Part shown: positions 38,976-50,030 of the stretch, piece after piece | Layout: every line of letters starts with the position of its first letter | Numbering within the stretch: the first letter of the stretch is position 1 | Assembly: GCA_016748015.1 (NCBI GenBank) | Contig: JAAOMT010000429.1 | Coordinates: 124,001 to 188,000 of the forward strand | DNA length: 64,000 bases | Direction of reading: 5' to 3' | Source: Geosiphon pyriformis uo1 | Taxonomy: Eukaryota > Fungi > Glomeromycota | Notes under the pieces: model-generated | What the model saw: the letters and a program-made list of their open reading frames with translations, nothing else | Told to the model about the DNA's origin: nothing | Databases searched by the model: none | Translations under genes and position numbers: made by a program

Positions 38976-40360
38976 TTAAGTGTTCAAGTTGGGAGGTTGT
39001 TCAATGACAACTATTGGTTCTAAATTTTGGGGAATATTTTCAGGATTGATTAAAGGGAAATGTATACCAATTTGTGGAATTAATGGTTTAGGATTGTTTC
39101 TGGAATTATAGTGTTTCAAATGATCTCCATGTGCAACTTTTGCTAGGATTTTGACATCAAGTCTTAGCTTATATGATCCGTTGCCTAGGATTTCATGGAT
39201 AACAAATGGTCCATCCTATTTATTTTCAAATTTTTTACTCCATTGTTTTTTGGCTTTAGTTCTGTATAAGAGAACTTTGTTTCTAATTTTAAATTCATTA
39301 GTGACTGGTAGCAATTTATTGTCATGCCATTCTTTTTGTTAAGCTTTGGAGTGTTTAATGTGGATTGCTGCTATTCATCGTTTTTTTTCCAATGTGCTAA
39401 GCAGAGTGTAGGCTCTTTGTTGTAGTGTTTCCTGAAAGTTGTCTTCATTAATTGGCTGTACTGGGTATGTTTCTACTGTGAAACTAATTGGTAATGTTAC
39501 TGTCCTTCCATAGGTTAAATCAAATGGTGTGTGTTTTGTGGTATCTTGTTTTAGTGTTCTATATGCTAGTAACACTGATAGAATAAAAATATCCTATTCC
39601 TGCTCAAAATCTGTTGAGACTTTGGCTAAAGATTTACACAATGTTCTGTTGAAACGTTTTACAAGTCCATTTGTTTGTGAATAGTAGGGTGAAGATAATG
39701 GTCTTTTAACATTGAATTGTTCACAGATTTTTTGAATTAGATTGTTCACAAAATGTGTTCCTTGATTGGATAAAAGTTTGATTGGGCATCCATGTCTACA
39801 AATAATGTCTTCGTAAATGAAGTTTGCTACTGATTTGCATCTGCTCATTGAATGGCTCTGGCTTCAAGCCATTTGGTGAGATAATCTACAGCTACTGTGA
39901 TATAACGGTTTCCTTAGTTTATAATAGGTAGTGGTCCGACTAAATCAATACCAACTCAGTCAAAAGGCTGTCCAACTTTGATTGGATTTAAAGGTTCTGT
40001 AAGGCGAGTTTTTTTTCTTCTTTGACAACTATCACAAGATTTAATGTATTCATGAATGTCTTTTCTCATTTGGAGCCAAAAGTAGTGTTTTAATGTTCTT
40101 TGGGTGGTGCTATCTTTTCTTAAATGTGCTGATGAAAGGTCTGAGTGCATGTTGTATAAGATAGTTTCCTTCTCATTTTCTTGTATTAATTTGAGTGGTT
40201 TGTTTAGGTTTCTGAAGTTTTGATAATAAATGGTGTTATTGTGTAGAAAATATTGTTTGGCTTTTTGTTGTAATCAGTGTTTTTCATCTGAAGACCAATC
40301 TGTTGGGATTGTTAGTGTCTCCAAATATTGTTTGAGATTGTTGTAGTTTTCAGGGTTCAT
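38976..40360 (-). pseudogene. G integrase (separate ORF)
   Basis: aaacaATGaac at 40360; HSDLSSAH...CDSC, GIDLVGPL, LLSNQGTHF, GPFVIHEILGNGSYKL. Confidence 0.9.
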
Positions 40361-40409
40361 TGTTTGTTGTTTTTGTTACTGCTAATTCAAATGGGTGTTG
40401 GTTTTGTGT

Positions 40410-43400
40410 TCTAATCTTGTCTCATTCTTGAGAGACAATCAACATTAGTGTGGAGCTTTTCTAGTTTGTAATATACAATGTATTGGTAGTTGGCTAAAAA
40501 TTCTGTCCATCGGGTTTGTTTGGCATTCAGCTAAGTGTTTTTGTTTTAAAGCCATTTGAGTCCAATATTATCAGTGATAATATCGAATTCTTTGGGTTTG
40601 AAATAAAGATTGAAGTGATGTAGGGCCCAGATTACTGCTGTAGTTTCTAATTCTGTTGCAGGGTAATTCTTTTCAACTGGTTTCAATGTTCTGTTAGCAT
40701 AAACAATTACTCGCTCATTTCCATTGTCATCTAACTGTGATAAGATGGCACCAAAGGCAGTATAAGAAGCATCTGTTGCTAACTGGAATTGGTTGTTGAA
40801 ATCTGGGTAGGCAAAAATTGGAGCTGTGGTTAGTTTTTCTTTGAGGATTTCAAATGCATTTTGGTGTTCAGTAGTCTATTTGTATTCGATGTTTTTGGTG
40901 GTAAGCTGGTTAAGAGGTTTTGCGATTTCTGAAAATCCTTTGATAAACTTCCAATAGTAGGAGGCTAACTCTATGAATCTTCTTAGTTCTGTAGTGTTTT
41001 GAAGAGTTTTGAAGTTTTTAATAGTGCTGATTTTTTCAGGGTCTGGTTTGATTCCATCTTTATTAATGATGTAACCAAGAAAAGCCAAACTTGTTTTTCC
41101 GAAGTAGCATTTTTTGATGTTTAGTTTCAATTCTACTTTCCATAATTGTTGAAAGACTTCTCGCAGGTGTTTTAAGTGTAATTCAAAAAATGGTGAGTAA
41201 ACATCAGTATCATAGACAACTACTGATTTCCAAAGGAGGCCTTTGTAAACAACATCCATAAGTCTTTGGAATGTTGCTGGTACATTGCATAATCCAAAAG
41301 ACATTACATTGAACTCATAATTTCTTTCTTGAGTGGTGAATGCTGTTTTGGGGTGATCTTTGGGATCCATAGCAACTTGCCAGTATTCATTCTCTAAATC
41401 TAATATCAAAAAGTATTTGGACTTCTCAAGAGCATTTAGCATGTTATCAATTCAGAAAAAAGGGTAGACATCTTCAATGGTGATGCTGTTGAATTGTTGA
41501 TAATCAACACAAAATCGTATTTTTCCATTTTTTTTTTAACTAAGACCACAGGTGAGGCCCATGGACTTATTGATGGTTGAATAAGCCCATTGTTGAGCAT
41601 TCATTGTACTTCTTCGCGGATAAATTGGTGACTTTCTAGAGCAACTTGGTAGGCTTGCTGTCGCTTTGGTTTGGCATCTCCTGTGTTGATTTGATGTTAA
41701 ACCAAATTGGTTCTTCCTAAGTCATTATTGTTTTTGGCAAAAATATCGGCAAATTCTGCAATTAGCTCTTTGAGCTGGCTCTGTTGTTGTGGTTCAAGTT
41801 GTCCCATGATGATTTGAGATAGTTTTTCTATGACAACATAGTAGTTTTAAGAGCTGGGGTTTGGGTTGATTTTTAGTAGTGAATGTCCAATAATTTCAGA
41901 GAAATTGGGGACTATTTGGGGTAATTCTTGTTGAAAGATGTTACTGTGAATGATTTCAATTTCCAAGTTATTTAATAAAACTATGAGATAATTGTTGGGA
42001 TTGTAAAAAGTAACTCAGACTTTCTTTGTTCATTCTGGAATATTAATATTTTGAATTGAGATATTATGTTCCAAGCAGATTCATTCATTGGACTCAAAAA
42101 TTTGTTGGGTGGTTGTTGACTTTGGGCAGATATAGATTTCAGGGTGTTCTCCAAAAAGTGAAATAGTGATTGGTTGAGGAAAGCATAAAATCTGGTAAGA
42201 CTCATTCTGTTTATTGAGAGCTATGTTTACTGGAACTGTAAATCGTCCAGTTGAACCAAAATCTTGGATTCCTTTTTCACTTTTTCTCAATTGTTCTCTT
42301 TAATTAACTAATTGTAAATCTGAAATGTTGATTAAAGGTAAATAAATAGCTTGGGCAATTTTTTCAGCATGTTTAATCTTAAATGGCTTGTCAGTTTTGT
42401 TTTGGAGTATTACTGTTATATCACCAGTATATCTAGCATCGATTATTCCTCCTCTGACATTGATTCCTTTGCTTGCTAGAGAGGACTGGGAGGCGATTTG
42501 AACCATTGCTCCTGACAGGATTTCAAGAGCAATTTTGAGGTTGATTTTTGTGAGAAATTTGGATTTGAGAACAAGAGCATCTTTGTTTAAATATTTTAAG
42601 TCATATCCAGCATCAATTTTATGTGCTTTTTCAGGTTTTATTCTTTGTCTATTGTTGTTGAAGTATTTGAGTTGTAAGGCAGGCTGATTTTTAATGAGAT
42701 AGATGGGTGTTGTTTCAATTTTTTCTGTTGCTTTAGGTTCTTCAAATTCAATTTCGTTTTTATCGTTTTTACTGAGCAGGGAAATGCTAAGAGCATAGCA
42801 TTCAGAGCACCATTGCTTATCACAAGGCATTATGTATTCTTCACACAATTTAATGTTCATTTGCTCTAGCTGTTGAGCTTGAGGTTCTTTAGTCGGGTAG
42901 GTGTGACTTGCAATTTGATGGTACACTTTTACTTCATCTTCATAATCATATCTAGCTGATTCCAAGATATATTTGATATATTTAGCTTTTTTCATTTGAT
43001 GAACATCTTCTTTGGTAGCTTCATTAACCAATGCCATTGCTAAGTCGAAAATCATTTCAGCATCATAGAGGTAGTGATAGAGTTTGTTGAAAGCACTGTT
43101 GTATGCTGCATTAAAGGGTGTTTCTCTTTTGACTTTTTCTGAAATTGATAAAGCATATTGGCAAGTTTGATTACAGACTTCTCCTTTCATTGCTACATCA
43201 ATCCAATTGTATTCTTCTGGTAGTGTATCTCCACAAGTCAAACAAGGAGTGTTGTTCTATTTTTCACTTTTTTTTATTAGATGGCCCTATCGTTTTCTGT
43301 GGCAAGCTTTACAGTAATAACAAGTATGATTTTCATATTCTTCTTCAGGTGAAATGCAGGCTCCCATTAAGAAGAGTTTCTTGTGGCAGTCCTTGTATTT

Positions 43401-46041
43401 GAGTAGAATGTAAGGGTGTTGTTTCTTTGGTTCTGGTTTAGAATATGGGATGTTCTATTCAGAGGTTTCTGATTTCTCTGAATATGATTTTGTTGCAAAA
43501 TACATTTGCTCAGTTTCTTCAACCCAGTTAAATGTTGATTTAAGGGCCATAAATGTTTTGACTACAGGCTTTTCTTCCTCCTCTTCAAATTCGAAGACAG
43601 GGGCTTTTTCTGATTGTTTGTTAAATGTACCACAAGTAATGGGTACTCAGGCATGTTGTCCTTAATAAAAGAGTTGTAATTCTTGGGTTTTTCAGTCTAA
43701 TTTTGCATTGGCTTTTTGGAGCCAATCATTTCTGACAAGGGTTTGATACTGGGGCACATCCATTACAAGAACTTTGACTGGAATGATGAATCCATCAAGA
43801 GTGAATAAAAAATTGTCAATTTCTCCTATGAGAGTTTTTTTCATGTCATTAACAGTGACAATTACTGTCTGAACTGGTTGGTCAACATTTCTCTTTAACT
43901 GTTGCATCAACTGGTAGGTGATGATGCTTCTGGTAGATCCACTGTCTAGGATCAAGCAAATTGTCTTTCCTTTGACTTCTGCTTCAGTGTACATAGCAGT
44001 GATTGCTTTTTGTTCATTGGTGGCTGCATTGCTGAGCAAGAATGGTCACTTATTTGCTTTGAACTCAAAAGTGAAAGATTGGCATTTTCAGCAATTCTGG
44101 CTGGTAGGATTGTGGTAGAAGTATAGGAAGGGTTTTGTTGTCATGCTGCAGCTCTACCTTCCGAGAGTACAATATGGTGAAAATCTTGTTCTTCTGGCAT
44201 TGTTAAATAACTGGGTTGAGTGTGATAGTGGTTGGGTCTTGGTTGAGTGGAATTTCAGAAAACCAATTGGTTGTTCGAACTGATTCTATTGTTGTTTACT
44301 TGGTATCAGTTTTGTGGTGTAAATTGATTTTGTGTAATCAATTTTTGAGCAGGTACTTAATAATGTTGTGTGGGTGGTTGTTAGTATTGCTGTTAGATTG
44401 GCTGTGAGATAGGCTGATAATAGTTATTTTGGTATTGGGGTCTTAGTAGATAGTAAGCTGGTGATGGTGGTTGATAATAAGATTGCTGTGGTGGAGAATA
44501 ACATTGATTACTCCTATTTTGTTGGTCTCATTGTAGCTTTCTGCAATCTTTTTTCCAGTGGCCAAAAATTCCACAGTAATGGCAATTCTAAGGCTGGTTA
44601 TTAGAAAGTAATGTGAAGTTATTTTGATTTTATCTTTGAGGTAGTTGATATCTTTGGGGTTGCTGTTGTTGTTGGTTGGTGAAATAGTTTTCGACTTTCT
44701 TTGTAAGTTGGTCAATTTTCTCCTTAGCTGCTAAGCTGGTTTCTCTAATGGCCAAGTTTACAAGTTTTGTGCAATTGGCCTCTTTTATGGCCATTTCATA
44801 TCTCTTTGCATACTGTATGGCAGAGTTTAAATCTTCTGGGGCATGTGGGCAAACTTTTTTAATCAGTTTATCCTTTAGACCAGCAATAAATTGATCCAAG
44901 ATTTGAGCATTGGAATAATAATCATTAGTTTTAAGTTGGCAAATTTGTCTGAGAAGTTTGTTGAATTTCCCAATATAAGTCATAACAGATTCGAAGAGTT
45001 CTTGTTTGATATTGCAAAAATGATTTCAAAGAGTAATGGAGATGTTGTTATCAGTGAATTGTTCTAAGAAGGCAGTTTTGAAAGCTGTCCAGTCATTAAA
45101 AAGGGTGGTCAATTTTTCGAACCATTTGCCTGCTGTTCCTTTGAGAAAGTAAGGAATTGTTCTTAACATTCTGGCAGCATTCTATTTATTTGCATCTCCA
45201 GCTTTAGTAACTTGGTCGAAACATTCTTGAGGACTGGTCTCAATATTTTTTCCATTAAATTCAGAAATTTTTGCAATATAAGCTGTTATTTTATCTTCTT
45301 TCTTGTTATCTGTTAATTCACTTTCTTCTTCAGATTCTATTTCTTCTTTAATAGTTTCAGAAATGTTTTTTTTGTTGGCTAATGTTTCAGAGTGTTTACT
45401 TGTGTTTTCTGCTAAATAGTCAAGAAGATTGGTACTAGTCTGAAGGATTTCTTGTTGTCTGGTGGGACTTCTGGGTGATGTATAATCTTCTAGTCTTAAA
45501 AATCAATTTAAAGATGAATTAGGAGTTTCTGCTTGTGCAAGTAAAGCTGGAAAAGGTGTAATAGTGAGTGAGAGTTTTGAACTGGTTCCTTGTTCAGGTG
45601 TTTGTAAGTTTTTGGCAGTTGTTTTTAGTAGTATTGGAGTATTTGGGGTGGTTTTTGAGTATTGCTTCAATTTTTGTTTGCTTTTGTTGCTTGTTTCTGT
45701 CTCTGATTCAAAGTCAAAAGAGTATTTAAACTGTACTGGGTATTTTTTTTCACAATACTCAATAATGTTAAAATTAAGTTCTTGGAAGTAAGTAGAAGTG
45801 TTTCACTGTTCAGATCTTCTGTTCCCAATTGTGAATAGTGCACTAAATTATTGTAAAAGTTGCTTCTAACTTCTGAAATGTTGTAGTTTTTAAAAAGATA
45901 ATTGTTGATGCGGTCTTCAATGTATTGGTATACTGATTTCTTGAAAACTTCAATTCCGTCTGGAATGTTGAATCTTTGCTTGCAGTGTGTGTAAATTAAC
46001 TGGTAATACTCTAGAGTTGCTGTGTCTGGTGTGGTTGCCAC
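40410..46041 (-). pseudogene. G gag-PR-Cys-rich-dUTPase-RT-RNase H single ORF (disrupted)
   Basis: Zinc knuckle CHYCGIFGHWKKDC; LILDSGS; ORF 42300-43241 with dUTPase AHKIDAGYDL/GGIIDARYTG/EKIAQAI; RT ORF 40876-41442; ends DCLSRMRQD*. Confidence 0.92.
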
Positions 46042-47729
46042 TTTGAATTTGTTGTTGCTGTGTTATTTCCGTGGGAGAGCACCAAATGTTACCAGAGGTT
46101 TTTGGTCTTTTTTCTTAAATGTTGTAACTGTCTGTTGGTTACAAATTCACGTTTTCTAGAAGTAGTTGAATCTCCAGTAACTGAATTTATCTTCAAATTA
46201 TTTCCTATAATTTGAACTGCTGGGCTTATAAGTGGAATGGCCAATTCTATGCCAGTTGCTTTGTGTAGTTACGTTGTAGTAAATGTCAACTCTTTCCCAA
46301 GAATTGCTTGTCTAGAAGCTCACTAAAATGTGTAGTTACTTTGCTGTGAAAGTCAACTCTCCTACAGGAATCTTGTTTGTAGGCTACCCTAATGATTGTA
46401 ATAAGAAAAGAAAAGAAAAATAAAAAAAATGTAAAAGAAATAGAATTTTATCAAGGGAAACGTTTTTCTATCTAGGCCTAGAGTCACTAACAGTTTATTG
46501 AAATTAGTAGCTAATCAATTTCAAAATGTTAGTTGGGTTTTAAGGATTTTCTAAGTGTAATAATTAAAGAATTTAGTTTTTTTGAATTATTTGATTTTTT
46601 TTTTTTTTTTGTGTGTGTAGGAATGGTTCTAAGTGATAAATCTAAAGTAAGATACATTTTTTCGAAAAGAGAAGCTCTTCTTTTATACAACTTGTCATAA
46701 CACTATTCTATGAACTTGAATTTTGCTCTTTTCTACAATTTTGCTGAACTAAAGATACATTTCGGCAAACTACAAGTTATTTCTGCAAACTATTAGATAT
46801 TTCAGTGAACTATCAATTATTTCAGCAAATTTCTACAAATTTCGGCAAACTTTTGAATGTTACATATTTCGGAGTATTGCATGATTAATTATTGCAATTA
46901 GGTTATATTTGTGTTATGTACAAATTGGGTTATTAATTAAATAATAATTTTGGATATTTTGTTAATGTAATAAGTGATAATTTGAAACAATAATATATGC
47001 TAATTAATAATAAAGATAATTTCATGCTAAATAATATCTCTAATTTCATCTGGTAACATCAGTTACATTTTATTCAATAATCTTCAAATACTACAATTAC
47101 ACATTTTAAGAAAAGAGTAAGAAATAACCAATAAGTAATCTTTTATCTCAAGATGTTTAGATACTTGAAGATAAGAAAAAAGAAATTAGCAATAAAAGTA
47201 TAATTGAAATGAAAGTTGTTATTTTATTTCTTTTTTTCTTTGATTCTTATATGCTTTTCTACAGCTAAGAGATTTATTACTTATATAACTATTAAAAAAA
47301 GTTAATGATTAGATCAATGACTAGGTTAATGATTAGGTTAATAATCAGGTCAATAATTAGGTTATTGATCAGGTCAATGATTAGGTCAATGATCAGATCA
47401 ACAGTCAGGTCTTTGATTAGGTCAATGATTACTATCTAAAAATAGGATGGCTAATTATATGACATTAGTGGCTAATACATGTGATAATTAATAAGAAATA
47501 TAGGTTTCAACTGTAACAATACAATCTAAAACTAAGATAAAAATTTGTAATTTTACCAAAGTTAATAATAATAAACTATAAATATTTATAAATATTTTTT
47601 TTATTAAAGTTTAATAAACAAGACCCAAAAACTACTTAGAATAATATATCAAACTAAGTAATCTAAACTAGACACTAATCATGCATTTTTCACACATAAC
47701 CAACCACTCAGACCAGTTAAGGACAAACT

Positions 47730-49550
47730 ACATTAATGCTACAGAAAAAAACTTACCCAAAGATACCATTTTTTAAATAACAGAAAACAAAGTTGTACTG
47801 CAAGAAACCAAACCAACTAACCACTCAGCAGTTTTAAAAGGATCAGTTTTAACATCAATGGACTCATGCTCCCAAAGAGACATTAAGTTGGAAAACACCT
47901 TATTACTCACAACAGACGGAAGCTTTGAATTACCAGACATATCAATGTCCTCCATGCAGTATTTTTTTTTCAAAGAAACCACTTTCCTCTTCAACTTATT
48001 AACAGTCTTACTAAAAGAATTTATATGCACCAAAACCTTATTAATTCTAAGACCAAAAGCACTACTTAAAACCAAATTACTATTAATAAACTGTTTAAAA
48101 GTTGTAATCAAAGAGCCAATAGGCTTAATAATAGACTCAACCAAAGCAGAAAGCTTAGTTAAATTAGATTCCAAAGAAAACAATTAGGACAGCACCAAAG
48201 AGTTACCAACAACAACTGAAGAAGAGACAAAAGGTGACAAAAGTGGAAATCCAAAAAAGCTTAAAGGAGCAAAAGCCTTGGCATAAGACTTAGAACCAAC
48301 AAAGCATGATGTAAACATTTTAGAAAACTTGGGAGGCAGAGGCAAAGAAACCTTACAGTTCACAGTCAGATGACCCAGCTTTTAACACTTGAAACAATGC
48401 CAATAACCAGAAGTTTTTTACCAAATATAGTATTTTCTCAGTGTACTAGTTTTAACAATAGCAGAATCCAAATCAGCTTGAAAATTAAATGTAACCAGAG
48501 TAAACTGAAAACAACAACCAAACTCAAAAGAATGAGGAATAAAACATGTCTGACCACCAACTTGAGAAATCATATTACTAATCTCAAAAACTGTACATTC
48601 AAAAGGAAGATTAACCAACTTGGCCTTAAACTTATTATGAGACAAAATAGTCTTATTTTGATTTACCAGAGGGAGGATTCTAACACTATTTTTGTCCACC
48701 AAGATTGACTAATGATTCAAAGCAGACACAGCAGAGTCTAACTTCTCAAAATAAACCACTACATACTGCCAAATGCCAACAAACTTTAGCACAATATGAA
48801 TAACATTACTAAACACATTGAAAGCAGTCTTAATGTCAGCAGCAGACACACCCAAGGACACATTATGCAGTATAACAGCAGCAAAAAGGGAACCAGACTC
48901 AGAAATCACCAAAAACTTGGCAATTTTAAGAGTGGCCAAATGTACAGAGCTTGTAAGCTCAACCAAAAATGCAGCTTCTAAAGACACTTGAAAAGCAAAC
49001 TCCATACAAAACAGCTTTATATTGTCCTTTGATACTGACTTTGCATCCAAAAAACCATGTACTGACTGAAAAACAGCCTTAACATGAGCCAATTTGATCT
49101 TAAAAGTGGCACCAAACACCAAAGTAGAGACCATCCACTTAGCAAATTTTTGACAACTAGTAATAGTTTCTCAAGCACCACCAGAAGTAGCACCAGAGGA
49201 AAAGATGATTCAGTTTCCATTTGATCAGCCCAGTTTTTAAAAACAGGTGACTCAACAGAAGAAGATTGTTTTGTTTCTAAAACTGGCAAAAATCTGCCAA
49301 AAGACACTATATTTGACAACACAGTTAGTGGTTGATCTTGGCTCATCTTAAATGATATGTTAGATGATGTTATAGAGATCTCATCTAAGATCTTATTGGG
49401 AACCACAAAGAGATTCAATGCAACAATAGCAGAGGCAAGTAACTGTCCCCATTTTTCTGAACTTTTGGTCTTTTTAACCATTTTTTTTGAAGAAAAAGTA
49501 CCAATAGCATCAGATGTTAAAGCTATGAAAAGGAATACCAGTTTGTTAAT
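47730..49550 (-). pseudogene. LINE ORF1-like (RRM-like + CCHC knuckle + coiled coil) gene without ORF2
   Basis: ORFs 49017-49481, 48709-49134, 48418-48702 and 47773-48183; KLVNLPFECT..EI...I.QVGGQTCFIP resembles the plus-strand LINE ORF1; CFKC*KLGHLTVNC at ~48355-48397. Confidence 0.65.
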
Positions 49551-50030
49551 ATATTTATATTAAGACTAAAATTTAAAAAATAAATAAAAACTTTATTAAT
49601 AATAAATAAAAATCTAAATTTTTAACAAAACTATTAATAAAAACAGTAATAATATTTAATTAACTTTCTTTAAGCTTTTTTTAATTATTTTAAAACCATA
49701 AAAATTAAATAAACAATAATATAAATTAGTAAAAAATATCAAAAAATATCTATTAATAAAACTATTTTTATTTATAAATATAATAATAAGTTAAATTAAG
49801 CAAAAACTAAATTTTTAAAATCAAGTTTTTTTAACAATAAAATTTTTTTAATTAAAACAAAAATCATAATAATTTAAAAATTAATTTATAAAAACAATAC
49901 TAAATTATTTTAAAAACTTAATTATATTATAAAAATTTCTTTTTTTTTTGTTCTAAATTCCCAAAAAAGAGTCAAAAAAAGTTTTTGAAAGAAGTTTTTT
50001 ACCATTCAGTATGATAAATTTAAACTATTT

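Larger units (their letters stand above)
37195..47058 (-). mobile_element. Element G: uninterrupted full-length family-2 dUTPase Ty3/Gypsy element (9864 bp)
   Basis: LTRs 37195-38165 and 46087-47058; perfect TSD TCAG; PBS 46067-46084; PPT aaggaggagg at ~38169-38178. Confidence 0.95.
5935..47518 (-). mobile_element. Element E: outermost Ty3/Gypsy element (no dUTPase), interrupted by A, D and G
   Basis: LTR remnant 5935-6154 matches 47251-47518. Removing D restores KNLMETPAHITFDQLITHLQFKKNLHKSLI across 34974/10554. Removing G restores the 5' LTR. Confidence 0.85.
36901..47518 (-). repeat. 5' LTR of E, split by G into 36901-37194 and 47063-47518
   Basis: Ends ...tgtaaca next to the PBS tggtgcttcctgtaaag; its U3 matches 5935-6154. 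Confidence 0.85.

Noticed and set aside
38976-39130. Integrase chromodomain
   Set aside because: Only a ~45-aa Pro-rich tail follows the GPF module, with no Y.VKW.G motif.
47305-47430. AGGTCA direct repeats as nuclear-receptor elements, or telomere-like repeats
   Set aside because: They are part of the E U3 present in both LTRs; there is no evidence for an animal host or a chromosome end.
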